From Nemertoderma westbladi (taxonomy: Eukaryota; Animalia; Xenacoelomorpha): 43,974 bases of DNA. Location of the stretch: contig JAUCBJ010000993.1 in assembly GCA_032718475.1 (NCBI GenBank), forward strand, positions 1 through 43,974, in the 5' to 3' direction. The translations under genes and the position numbers were made by a program. The notes beneath the pieces are model-generated. The model saw only the letters and a program-made list of their open reading frames with translations. It ran no database searches and was not told the origin of the DNA. Position 1 is the stretch's first letter. Each line of letters starts with the position of its first letter. Of the stretch, positions 9,911 through 23,657 are shown in pieces.

Positions 9911-11230
9911 AACTCGAGCGATTCAAAAACCCATGGTCGGCTAAACCTAACTATCCTAACTAATAAATTGAGTTCAGCTTCGCAGTTAAACAACCGATAA
10001 TTTTTTACTGCTTCCACAAACACAATGGTGCCAACAGAACAACTAACCTTGTTTGCTGTGAGATTCCACGTCCGCGTCCAAAGTTTCAGTCTTTTCGCTG
10101 ATTGCAAACCGAACCCGCAGACCCACACGAACCCCAAAGTCAGAAGCTCCGTCTTGCCATGTATCTCCAGATGGTATAAAACAACTAAGCGGTTATCTAA
10201 CATACCGGTACAAAACTCTAGATTTTATCACTAAATAATTTTGACCAAAACTGCCGTCCGCTAATATATTTTACTAATTTCCTATGGCTCCTGCTAATTT
10301 CTTGTTCCTTTCTCTACCGATTACTCGATAGAGAGCTAACTGTTCGAATATATGAGCCACGCGGGAATAACCAAAACAATAACCCGAATCGGCTCCCTAA
10401 GCTGACTTAAGACGAGTGTGAGAGACTTTACACTCAGAGTATATTCCTACGGCCTAATTCTAATCACAAAGACTGGGGTTCCCTAACAGAATGTGTGAAT
10501 GTGAGAATATTTAAATAATCAAAAATCGGTGCAGTATTTATTTCGGGACTCAAACTTACCTGCGGCTGGCTTTAGACCAGCAATTTACTAATGCGCGCTA
10601 TATACTGTATACTACGATGTGACTTATTGTCCGCTAATTCAAATAACCGCTCAGCGTGAATAGTGTACGGTACTCTAAATTATTACCTTAACTACCCTCC
10701 GCTATGCTGCGTACAAATTCTTAATTTTACTAATTAATTACAGTCACAAATATGTAACAGCGTACTAATTACTAAGTATTCCAGAGTGCGCAATTCTAAT
10801 TTATTACGCAACGGGTTACACTAGCAACAGTCTAAAATACCGTATTATTTTCGACCTAATCAGTAATTAATTACAGTAAACTAAGAAATAGAAATCAATC
10901 AAAGGAAAAGAACACCTATCTAAGCATTCGTGATTTATTAGGCGCACTTTAGTAACACACCAATCAGCGTAACAATCTATAGTTCATACTTACCAATTTT
11001 AGTTCTTAACGCACAATTCACAATCAACAGTCACGACTCGCAATCTACAGTTAACTAGCAATTCGCAACGTAAAGCCGCAAGTCTCTCCCGGCCACATCT
11101 AGGCTTCCCAACTAACCCGATTCCTGTCCCCCTAATACTACAAAATAGAGACAAAATCTGGATCATCAGCCCCTAATTACTGCGCCGGCGCACCTAACCC
11201 GCTTTACGCCGCAAACTTTCGCACGCAATA

Positions 11231-11242
11231 GTACTCCCACCA
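11231..11242 (-). promoter_or_regulatory. Candidate primer-binding site of the BEL element
   Basis: TGGTGGGAGTAC, one base after the ...CAACA end of the candidate LTR; cognate tRNA not identified. Confidence 0.5.
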
Positions 11243-11243
11243 A

Positions 11244-12033
11244 TGTTGCTCGTCCTTGAATCCTCCGCACTCCCTTCATCGCTAACCCCCCAATGCGCCC
11301 GCCGCGCTTACCGGTAACCTAGCCCTCCATCAGAATGAATAGCTACCGTAGCGGCACATGCAAATCACAAAGTCTGACAGTCTAAGAAATCCCGTAGGAT
11401 TATTGTCGAAAGGAATCACATAGAACCATTTACTAAGGGGTAGAAATCATAGTTCCAATTTGTAATTAACAGTAATCGTTGGGATTGATTGAAAAACACA
11501 AGCAAGAATCAACAGAAATTGCAAATTAGCGAATCATTGCAAGAAAATCAAAAGGGCAGTAATTTACACAAAAACTAAGCATCGAATAATAATAGTTGAA
11601 CACTAAGGGTAACTGAAGTAAGGGGTAAGGTAATCGGGAATCAGTACAGACACACCGGCAAAACGCCAATTTATAGGTGATTTGAGAAGGGTGATGCAAT
11701 CGATCTCTCATTGGCTCTCCAATCCGAGCTATCATTAGACCAACCTGGAAGCAGTTAGGCCAATAAGAGAGCCGGATTGTGAACCTATTGCTCCTTGAAA
11801 TCGCAAATCGTTACCATAAAAGGTAATTTTCCCGATGCTTAATTTGGCGGTACTAATAATATCATGCACAAAGGTTAATTTAGCGCAATTATAGAGAAAA
11901 TTAAATCCAATAGCTAGCCTCATCAAGGCTAATAACAGCAAGCCCATATCCAGGGTCCAACAAGAACTTGCTACCCTGGAACTATCTACTTATATCCTAT
12001 TACAAAATTACATAGGTAGGGCTACATACTACA
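11244..12033 (-). repeat. Candidate 5' LTR of the BEL element (~790 bp)
   Basis: Minus strand begins TGTAG and ends CAACA, followed by a PBS-like TGG. Internal CCAAT (~11712) upstream of TATAAA (~11672). The second LTR is not in the window, so the boundaries are unverified. Confidence 0.6.
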
Positions 12034-12109
12034 AAATGGATGAGTTCAAAATATATGGGTGTTTCAATTTCCTTATCTACATGTCATTGCGCGTTATGCC
12101 TTATCTAAA

Positions 12110-12222
12110 TAATTATACTGCATCACGGACTAATATATGATACTATATAATGGACTAATATATTATACTGCATGATGGACTAATATATGTACAGTATAAC
12201 GGACTAATATATTATACTGTAT
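12110..12222. repeat. Degenerate ~27-bp minisatellite
   Basis: ggactaatatat(at)tatactg repeated about 4 times. Confidence 0.7.
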
Positions 12223-12978
12223 GTAGGTACAGCGCCATATACCGTAACAACCTAACTTCTGACAAATTCCTGGAAAGGTGCATTCTAGGTCAAAACCGCA
12301 ATGAGTCGGTTCATTCTGTGAACTGTGCAAAGAGCAGGTTTGTTTCCCTGCACCTTTCAGATTTCAAGTCGCTTACGCTGTACTTAGTCATAATAGAGGA
12401 GCCTCAGTTGATCAACTTATTCTGAAGAAGTTGGGTCTTGAAGAGGATGATGGAATTATGGCTGCCAGAGGGATAAAGAGAAATAAGGAGCGACTCAGGA
12501 TGTCCCTAATGGAGTCTGCCAAGAAAAAGAAAAGGAAGATTGCACATAAAGACTATACACCCGGTGGTTTTTGAATATTGTTATAGTTATAGATATACTG
12601 TATATCTAGTGAAAACTTCGAAATAATATATATATATAATATACAATATATATTAATTGGTTTTATATATCCAATTTTTTTTTTAAATAAACTATAAATA
12701 TGCCTGAGAGAATGTCAAAATTTCAAACTACCAATGATAATAGATTTTAAGAAAAATACAATTAAATATATTGTCTCAAAATTGTAACGTTCCCCTTAAA
12801 TTATAAATTAACAACAACACCAGAAAAATTCAGTGCATAACAAAGTTTATTGTACACTGTAGGACTGTCAAAGATATATCAGTAGTTTTCCGCACATGCA
12901 GTACATAAAATTACAAACTTTTGTGCTAATTTTAATTTTAATAATATAATTTTTTTTAAATATTGCTTTTATATTTAG

Positions 12979-13142
12979 GTCCCCGGGCCACCTGGATCAT
13001 GTTCTGCTCCACTAATTGAATTATACACTGAAGAGAACTACGGCGGAGAGATGTACAAGACAAGTGGGAGTATCGTAGCAAGTCAGTTACTTAACAACGA
13101 TCAACAAAATGATATATCCTCAATGAAAGTCATTTGTGGGCA
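12979..13142 (+). CDS. Beta/gamma-crystallin-domain gene, first visible coding exon (Greek key 1); start-codon exon not found
   Basis: tttag|GTC...GGGCA|gtaagt; translates VPGPPGSCSAPLIELYTEENYGGEMYKTSGSIVASQLLNNDQQNDISSMKVICG(Q). Confidence 0.88.
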
Positions 13143-13401
13143 GTAAGTACACGAGTAGGGCCTTTGTGCAGAAAAAGCTGCAACGACAACATGACTACCT
13201 GTTGTTGTATGGCCTTTTTTAGGATCAGATGGCATCGATGATGCTGGAATAATGTTTAGATAGTCCTTCCAGCTATTTATGATGTTCACAAGGTATGATT
13301 TGTGCAACATAGATATATAACATTGGGCACTCTTACAGTTTGCCGTGCCACATTCAATATAATTCAAAAAAATATAATTGTTATAATTATATAATATATA
13401 T

Positions 13402-13593
13402 TGTCATATCCATATAAAAGCATAATAATCTATAGATATGATGTATATTGCTCTATACATTGTGCAGTCGTACCAGTGTACACAAGTACTGCAGTGTACT
13501 GCCGTACTGATATAGTACTGTAGTATATATGTGCATACCGGTAATCCTCATCCTATATCATAGGCCATGGCCTAAGTAATACTGGACACGACA
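13402..13593 (-). repeat. Gypsy 3' LTR (192 bp)
   Basis: Matches 18777-18968 except tgtcat vs tgttat; purine tract at 13604-13594 on the minus strand. Confidence 0.96.
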
Positions 13594-13819
13594 TCACTTC
13601 CTCCAACAAGTAATTAAAACAAACAAGAGAAATAATAGGTATTGATGTACTTATGACTTACTGGTTAATTTCACATACGGCTTAATATCACATTATCACA
13701 TACCACCAAACAAATTAGTTAGTAATAGATTGTCCTAGTTAAGCGTTTGTCAGGCTGTAATCAATGTTATAAATGTTACTATGAATGTTCTATATTACTG
13801 TTTCAAAATTGTTTCAATC

Positions 13820-16800
13820 TTAATAACGAATATATGGTCCCAAGTCTCTAGGTTTTCGTTGTCGTGATGGTCTAGAGTTTTCTACTTGTCCCTGCAGTAA
13901 TTCATGTTCATCATTGCAGTTACCGTCTGGTTCGGCTTGGGGCATACTACTACTACTGCTACTACCACTACTGGATACTACTACTACTAGTAGTAGTAGT
14001 AGTATCGGTCTGGAATCAACATCATCGTCTAAATCTTCCCCTATGTCTTTATTGTACAAATCCTCAGAGGACGCATCACTTTTCTCATTGGTCTTGCTGG
14101 AGTGGTAGTGTTTCATATGGGTTGGATTTCGTCGCAGTGTAGACCCATGTTTTCCTTGTAGTATCATGGATTCTCCCTTCCGGCCAATTATTGTATATGG
14201 TGAGGGGAGCCACGTAGTTGAATATCCCTTTTCTACTCGGTTAAATCTGCGAATAAGGACAATATCCCCAACTTCAAAATCTCTTTCCTTAGCATGGCGT
14301 CGATTATCTGTATATTCTTTCATTCTCCTCTTATATTTCTGATCACGTTGTTGAACTGCTACATTGATATGTGGATTTGGTGTTAAAGCTTGGTTTGATA
14401 GCAATGCAGGGAGTTTTGTTTTTAATGTTCGATGGAACATTAATTCAGCGGGTGAGAATCCAGTGGCAGGATGAGGTGTAGATCTATAGTTGAGTTGGAA
14501 TGTCTGGAGATTGGTTTGCCAACTCTTATCTTCAACGTGGCAACTCTCTATGAATTTTCCCAGTGGCTGGTTAAGCCGTTCAATTTCCCCATTGGCGGAA
14601 GGGAATCGTGGGCTGATCAAATGTACTTTTATGTCTCTTTGTTTACAATACCGTCCGAATTCCTGTGAGCGAAAAGCAGGCCCATTATCAGTTATGATAT
14701 CTTTTGGAAACCCAAATATACTGAAAGTTCTTTCACACGCCTCTATCACATGTTTCGCATTTTCTGAATTCATAGGGATAACAATAGGATAACGAGATCT
14801 GTAGCAAATCATAGTTAATATATGTTTATGATCAACAGGGCCTAGAAAATCCATTCCTATCTTTGACCATGTTTCATTGGGAATGACTGTAGGTTTCAGT
14901 GGTGAGGGTTTTGCAGGTTTGCCTGTAGCTTGGCATGGTAAACACCTTGTTATATAATTTTCTGTATCCTTGTTTAAATTGGGCCACCATACCGTTTCCC
15001 GTAGGAGTTGTTTGGTACGTGTCATGCCTTGATGACCTTCATGGGCTATCTCAATACAGAGGTCACGCAATAGCTGGGGTATAACGATTCTCTTCCCCCG
15101 TAATATTATATTATCGTGGGTGATGCTGAACTCATGTCGATCTGAGTAATATGGCTTCAACACATCTTTGTCTTTGTCCCATGCATCATTCATAATAGCG
15201 GAATGCAGAATAATCAAAGAAGTGTCCTTCATAGTATGTTCAATTATTGTTTCAAGGTTCAGATTAAATGGTAAATTGCTTTGGATTATTGCTCTGACAT
15301 ACTGTTCTGTATGTTTTCCTTTCTGTGGGCATGAACCTTTTGGTGTTTGGCGCGATAATATGTCTGCATAGTTGTCCTTACCTTGGATATAAGATAACTT
15401 ATAATTATATTCCCCTTGTATTTTCAGCAACATGCGTTCTATGCGAGGTGTTGGGTTACCGTTGGGTGCGAAAATTCGCAATAGTGGTTTATGGTCTGTT
15501 TGTATGTTAACTGGTTGTGGTGCTCCACGAAGATAGATGTTATATCGCTGCAATGCCGAAGTTATTCCCAGTGCCTCTCTTTCTGTTTGGCTATATCGAC
15601 TTTCAGTTTCTGAAAGAGACCGATGGGCAAAAGCAACTGGCTGATCAAGTCCTGATGGTTGGGTCTGGCTCAGAATTGCACTAATTGCTGTGGGTGATGC
15701 ATCAGTGGTGAGTGTTGTAGGAAGATCACGTTTGAAATATGCCAATGTTCTAGGATTTGATATTTCTTCAATCAGCTTCTTCCAAGCTATGAGGGCTTCA
15801 TCCGACATTTCGAACACTTTGTTCTTTGCAAGTAGACTCTGAAGAGGTGCTTTAAGAATGGCATAATTTGGGATGAAAGGTGACAACCACCCAAGCAATC
15901 CAAGACTGGACTTCAGTTCAGTCTTGGTAGTTGGAATTTTTAGGTTTTTTACTGCCTCAATTTTCTTCTCACAGGGTGTCAGCCCCGTGTTTGTAAGTAG
16001 ATGCCCCAGGAATTCAACGCTTGTCTACAAAAATACACACTTTGATCGTTTTAATTTTATGTTTCGTTCTTTGCATCTTGCTAACACTTGCTGCAGACGC
16101 TTTAAATGTTGCTGCTTCCCATAAACCCACACAATTATGTCATCACTGGCATTTCTTGTTCCATCAATCCCTTGTATGGAACGTTCCAACTCACGATGGA
16201 AAATTTCTCCACTGGTTGATACACCCATAACCAGAGTAGTATAACGTTTCATTCCTTTGTGAGTGGCAAATGTTGTAAGTGGTCGTGAATCAGGATGTAA
16301 ACCAATTTGATGGTACCCACGATCACAATCTAAATGTGAGTAATATAAAGTCAAGTCATCAGTCATATTGGATGGATTAGGAGGTTCTTCCAAGGCAATT
16401 TGATCAACAATTTCTTCGAGTGTCGGTATCGGATGCCGTTCGCGTACTAGATGTTTATTAAGCTCCCGGGCATCAAGCGTAATCCGAACTACGGGAAGGT
16501 TTTCATCATCTGTGCGGTTGGGTTTAATTTGAAGTACCATTCTTGAAACCCATGGGGTAGGACCAGTGGCAGTTTCAATCATATTAGCCTCCTCCTGGAT
16601 GGAAAGTTCTTTTTCACACGGGCGGCGGAGATGAAATGGAATACGTGATGCACGTACTGCGACAGGGTCTGCATCTTCTCTGAGGTGTAATTTCACTTGT
16701 ATTGGGGTGCCATTTTCGTCACACATGAGACCTGTGGCTGAGAAAACATCGGAATATTTTGATATAATATAGTCCAGATGTGATGTGTCCAATGTTTTGT

Positions 16801-18217
16801 GAGTTTTGCATTCTAATAATTGTCGCACTCCTATCTTCATTCCTCTTTCTTTCACACTAGGTGGGCCAACCCGTAGCAAATCCAAAGCCGTGGCAGATTT
16901 GTATCCTAATAGAGATAAGTCTTGTGTACTAACAACAATAAACTTTACCTTAGCTGCTTGCCCACAGGCTTCCACTGTTGCTCGCACTTTTCCAACGATT
17001 TTTAGCGGAGTTTTTGAATTGTATGGATATATGATACTTTTAGTGGGTGTTAGATTCATGTATTCACCATGTTGTTGTAGTGTTTTGTATGCAGAATATG
17101 TGAGGATATTACATTCTGCTCCAGAATCAATCGGGATAGGGATGCTTGTATTGTTGATATTTACATTGTAACAAGGACCCGCAGTAGAAATCTTATGAAT
17201 TTTGTGTTCCTTAAATAGAGCATTGATGCATAAATCACCATACTCATCAGATGATGTGCTTTCTTCGCTATAAATCGTTTCAGTTTCTTCATTGTCGTCG
17301 ACTAATTGTCGTAAGTTTCGTTTAGTTTTCATACCTACTACTTTCATGTGTCCTATTCCACCACATGCATTACAGATGATTTTTGCTGATATTCGACTAT
17401 CAGGAACTTTGTGATCTGTATTCCCACATCGGTAACAATGTGTATATTGGGGTGTGCTGACAGAATTTGCAGTTGGCGGCTTGTTCTGGTATTTGTAATT
17501 TACCATTTTTCGCTGCCATTGCTGTTCAGCGTTTGCTTTTGGCCTTGAATATCGGTTTTTAAATTTAGCTATTTTATTAACTTCAAGGTCATCAATGTCG
17601 TCACTTTGTCCCACTAGTTTTGTAGATCGTGCGAACTCTTCAATATCTAGTGCTTGTTTAGATGTCTGTTCTAGCGTTTGAGCAATTTGAATACATCGTG
17701 TTAGTGTACAAGCTGCAGCGTCTTCCTCTGCCACTCGAAGAAATCGTTGTAATAATTTCTTGGATCGACATCCTGCTACAGCGCGGTCACGTATATTTCG
17801 CTCTAAAGCATTGCCAAAATTACAATACTTGGCCTGTTTCCAAAGTCGTGCTATATATGAGCTGAATAACTCATTTGGCTCTCGTGTTAGTGAGTTAAAC
17901 CTGAATGTTGAAAATACTTCATTTTCTCTTTTGCCGAATTCATTATTTAGTGATGTACGTGCTACTGTGTAAACATTTTCATTAGTGTCAGGCACAGGTT
18001 GTGGAATAGTCAATGTAACAAAGCGGTCCTGTACCTCTTCACCAGATATATGTAGAAGAATGCTTTTCATTTGTTCAGGGTCTTTGACACCCAGTGCAGA
18101 CAAATATATGTCGAAAGTGTTTAGCCACTTTTCCCAGCGAGGGGTTACGGAACTGACATCATATGAAATTTTAAATGGTTCTGGTGCACGTAGGGAGATA
18201 TGTCTGGCTTCGGCCAT
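13820..18217 (-). CDS. gag-pol: Gypsy single-frame Gag-Pol polyprotein with one premature stop (TAG 16027-16025)
   Basis: ORFs 18217..16025 and 15898..13820 share a frame. Zn knuckles CYRCG/CNACG, protease IDSGA, RT LDCDRGYHQ..NASDDII, RNase H TTDAS..EREAL..TDHKPL, integrase AHEGHQG..CLPC, GMDFLGP, TDNGP, EIER. Confidence 0.94.
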
Positions 18218-18776
18218 CCCTTAAAACTGTAACGTGTACCGTTACTGTGATTTTGTAATAACTTATATCTCAGTATTTATCTTAACTACGAACTGTCAGA
18301 AGCGGCCTACAGTATTGCTATTACTGTATTGGCTTTGGCTCCTATTTTATGTCGAGAACAATTCCTGTAATCATGGAACTGCTATAATATAATATGCATG
18401 CTAGGTTAGGCTGCTAGGCCTAGGTTGTTAATATGAAAATTTTACAACTGTACTGTTGTATATTGTAAGCGCTGTAAGCTGTAAGCGATTGTAGGTTAAT
18501 AAATACCGGTAGTCTGGTAGTTGTGGGTTAATAATACCGGCAGCTGTACAACTGTAATGTTGTACCAAATAGGTAGGCCTATACTTGTAAGCAAATGGCC
18601 TGAGTTTTCTCTGTACCGGTGCCAGAATCTTTTATCACTAAATCCAGAGTCACCAGATCAGTTTCTCCTTTCGCAGTACTGGTAAGCCTAAATCTGTAAA
18701 TGGCGTAAGCCAGTAAGAAGCTTAAGTCTGTAGGTAGAAATGTCACCACCACGTGGATCGACCGACTCTTCGCCAA

Positions 18777-18968
18777 TGTTATATCCATATAAAAGCATAA
18801 TAATCTATAGATATGATGTATATTGCTCTATACATTGTGCAGTCGTACCAGTGTACACAAGTACTGCAGTGTACTGCCGTACTGATATAGTACTGTAGTA
18901 TATATGTGCATACCGGTAATCCTCATCCTATATCATAGGCCATGGCCTAAGTAATACTGGACACGACA
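18777..18968 (-). repeat. Gypsy 5' LTR (192 bp), followed by the PBS at 18775-18766
   Basis: Direct repeat of 13402-13593. PBS TGGCGAAGAG is one mismatch from TGGCGACGAG, the complement of the tRNA-Ser(GCU) 3' end. Confidence 0.96.
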
Positions 18969-19149
18969 TATATTTACGCAAGTGATACCGTAATTTACTT
19001 TACGTACAATTACATTTTGTTACGTTTTGTGTAGCTAATGTTTTTATTGTTTGTTACTAAACCGGGTACACTTCCTTCTAGTTTCCCTATTTTTGATATG
19101 ATAGATTAAAAACTATCATTTTAATTTATCAAAAAATTGCAAAATGGCA

Positions 19150-19442
19150 AGCTAGCTAGTTTTTGTTTCTTGTTTTTTACATGTTCTAGAACATTTTCAA
19201 TCCATTTCATATAAAAATGTTGTTCTAGATAAAATATTTTTTGTTCTAGAACAAAAAATACAAAGCACTAGCTAATTTGTTAATTTTTTATTATATGTTA
19301 TCTTTGTATGAATTTTATATACTAGCTATTTTTTGTTGATTTTTTTTTTAATGTTCTAGAACATATTATCTATACATTTAATATAAAAATTTTGTTCTAG
19401 AACAAATATTTTTTGTTCTAGAACAAATATTTTTTGTTCTGT
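19150..19442. repeat. AT-rich repeat cluster built on the palindrome TGTTCTAGAACA, with a ~170-bp duplication
   Basis: About 6 copies of tgttctagaaca/tgttctaga; gctagcta..ttttt..atgttctagaaca block repeated. Confidence 0.7.
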
Positions 19443-19959
19443 TAATATGGCTATAATGGCACGGTAAAGTTTAAGAGTCCCTAAGATTGTAGTACTATAG
19501 TGTAATCTAATGCAACCGGACTCAGGTACTGGTATTATTAAAATGCTGAAACTGGCTACATGTTCTACTACTCACATTATTATTTTTATATTATTTTATT
19601 TTTTATAGTTATGTTTTTAATCAAGTTGTCTCAAACCACTGTAAGATTTAAGAATAACAACAGAGCTAATAGTGCAATATCGACAGAGGCACCTGTTCCA
19701 AATTTCACACAATATTGTAGTTGCAGATTCTAGGAGATGGTTTATCAAGCAACATTCATACTGTACTTATAATATAGTAGGTAATTTTAGAACCTGAATT
19801 GTAATAGGATAATAACAGTCATAATAAAATTATATTGCTTAATGATAACTAATAAGATTATATTGTTTAACTTTTTTTATAAAATTATATTGTTTAAGGA
19901 TAACTAATAAGATTATATTGTTTAACTTTTTTTATAAAATTATATTGCCTAACTTTAAG

Positions 19960-20079
19960 GTGGTTAATCTATGATGGTGATTCCTACACTGATGCCCAAT
20001 TGAGGATATCTACTCCAGAAAATTTTCCGAATGCGAATAGTTGGGGAGATTCGATACTACCTGACAACTCAATATCAAG
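19960..20079 (+). CDS. Beta/gamma-crystallin gene exon (Greek key 2)
   Basis: ttaag|G TGG...TCA AG|gtaata; WLIYDGDSYTDAQLRISTPENFPNANSWGDSILPDNSIS(S). Phase 2-2, compatible with both neighbouring exons. Confidence 0.88.
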
Positions 20080-20137
20080 GTAATATAATATCAATTAATA
20101 TCAATATAATAATATCAATTAATATAATATCAATACG

Positions 20138-20410
20138 CAGCGCTACTTTACAAGGCGTCTGTTTTTTCGTTGTCATCTGGACCCAGATATCCCATATACA
20201 GTATTGAGAGATTGACATATCTAGGCCTACAGCCACTAGAACTACGTAGGATACACGCTGACTTGGTATACACTTTTAAGATAATGCACGGTCTAGTTAA
20301 TCTTAGGTGCAATGACTATTTTACCGTATTAAGAAATTGCATTACCAGAGGACATCGTTTCAAAATTCGTGGGTCAAAGTGCAATACAAACTGTGTTGAG
20401 AACGTTTTTA
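20138..20410 (+). mobile_element. 3'-terminal fragment of a CR1/L2-type LINE reverse transcriptase ORF
   Basis: QRYFTRRL...ERLTYLGLQPLELRRIHADLVYTFKIMHG...TRGHRFKI, the typical C-terminal signature of CR1-group RTs. Confidence 0.8.
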
Positions 20411-20491
20411 CCTATAACAATTTAAACACCATTAATGCTTTAATGGTAGACAAGTCACTATACAAGTCTACATGTCTATTTCTCCCCTTAG

Positions 20492-20665
20492 TGCCCGTGC
20501 GATCACACGAGATGGAAACAGTCCAACTATCGCTTTGTTCGACTTCAAGCTCTTTGAAGGAACCATGTTGGTTCTTGATGATTCATATCCGGATCTCGCT
20601 AAAGCTGGGTTTAACAACGTCGTCTCATCAGCAATAGTGACCAATGGTACTTGGATACTTTATGA
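20492..20665 (+). CDS. Beta/gamma-crystallin gene exon (Greek key 3)
   Basis: ccttag|T GCC...TAT GA|gtaagt; ARAITRDGNSPTIALFDFKLFEGTMLVLDDSYPDLAKAGFNNVVSSAIVTNGTWILY(D). Confidence 0.9.
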
Positions 20666-21109
20666 GTAAGTATATAATTAGCAAGTCGTTAGACTTCATT
20701 ACTGTAAGAAAAAAAAGCTTCTGACTACTGACTACTGAATACTGACTACTGACTACTGGCTACTGGCTACTGACCTTGAGCAAAAACGGCTCTAACGATT
20801 TTGATGAAATTTTGCATGGACCATGAAAATAGATTTCTAAGGGTACTTGTGAAATCGCGGTTTAAATTGAAACATCTCAACTTGTTTTATTTCGAAAAAT
20901 AGCCCCAAAACACGAAAATTGCCATAGGCGCAATGATAAAACACCAGCTGGCACTCTTGAAAAATGTATAGAGATGGCCTGGTAATGCATTCAATAGGAA
21001 GGGCAACTAACAAAGAAGTACTTTCTCTGCCAAGTATTATCACTCTACTCTACAACCCAGACAGTAATCAAACAAAACACGTTCGTAGGGACTTCGCGCA
21101 GCACGAGAA

Positions 21110-21470
21110 TGCATACGTACAAATTTTGGTTTAATTTAATCAACATTAATTTAATTTAAACTTATTTCGGTTTTTATAAAAAGTCTGAACTGCAATTGCC
21201 CGACTTATTTCGGTTTTTATAAAAAGTCTGAAACCACCGGTACCGACTGACCTATTTTTGACCAAACTTCAGATACTTTCCAAACTTTTAATGGACTGCA
21301 TACGTACAAGTTTGGTTTAATTCATCATTTGATTGAACGACTTATTTCAGTTTTTATCAAAAGTCTGAAACTACCGGTACCAAGTGTCCGACAGTCTTAT
21401 TTTGATAAAAACTCAGATTATTTCTAAATTTCTAATAGACTGCATGATGTAATAAAAGTTGGTTTAATTC
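21110..21470. repeat. Degenerate ~185-bp tandem duplication
   Basis: gcatacgtacaa..tttggtttaatt..cttatttcrgtttttat..aaaagtctgaaac..ccggtacc occurs twice, with a partial third start. Confidence 0.7.
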
Positions 21471-21525
21471 TAGTAATTGTTGTTGGCTTTAAAGAATTTC
21501 ATATAAAAAACGTGCAAAATAAGTT

Positions 21526-21607
21526 TGCCAGAGATATGATTCGAACGAGCGCGAGAAGATCCCATTGGATGGCTAGTCCAACGCCTTATCCACTCAGCCA
21601 ACACCGC
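21526..21607 (-). pseudogene. tRNA-Ser-derived pseudogene (or SINE head)
   Basis: GCGGTGTTGGCTGAGTGGATAAGGCGTTGGACTAGCCATCCAATGGGATCTTCTCGCGCTCGTTCGAATC...: A box, intact TTGGA/TCCAA anticodon stem, long variable arm, B box; acceptor and T stems are broken. Confidence 0.8.
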
Positions 21608-21875
21608 TCGAGGTAACGAGATGGCCAATGAAGGTATTAAAGTTTTATACTGCAATTTCGTAATCACTACTGATAAGTACAGCAGTAGGCCTACCGTACC
21701 GGTAGGCCTATGTCATTACTTCGGAGTCTCTAGCGGATCCCCAATTAAATGTCTTAACTTTTCAATTTCGTAAAAGATAGACTTCATGATTCTCTACAAG
21801 CAACCAAAATTTCAGCTAAGGAAAATGAGGCGTTCCCGAGAAATTTAACATTTTCTAAAAACCACATAATCTGTT

Positions 21876-23657
<1,782 letters not shown>

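Larger units (their letters stand above)
1..12033 (-). mobile_element. BEL/Pao (Belpaoviridae) LTR retrotransposon, decayed copy; 3' LTR beyond the left window edge
   Basis: Domain order on the minus strand: coiled-coil, Gag with three Zn knuckles, protease, RT, RNase H, integrase. BEL-type motifs include RVLGLAWN, TKR..LS..SRLFDP, LHLFSDAS, WRHCPGVLNPAD and FW..WR.YYL. Candidate 5' LTR at 11244-12033 followed by a PBS-like TGG. Several stops and frameshifts. Confidence 0.93.
13402..18968 (-). mobile_element. Full-length Ty3/Gypsy LTR retrotransposon, recent insertion in a crystallin-gene intron
   Basis: Two 192-bp TG..CA LTRs differing at one base; TATAT target-site duplication (13397-13401, 18969-18973); PBS TGGCGAAGAG; PPT GGAGGAAGTGA; gag-PR-RT-RH-IN order. 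Confidence 0.97.

Noticed and set aside
16025-16027. Programmed stop-codon readthrough in the Gypsy element
   Set aside because: The stop lies inside the RT domain, not at the gag/pol boundary; a point mutation is more likely.
20170-20637. 155-aa ORF as a single gene
   Set aside because: A chance fusion of a LINE fragment with an out-of-frame read through a crystallin exon.
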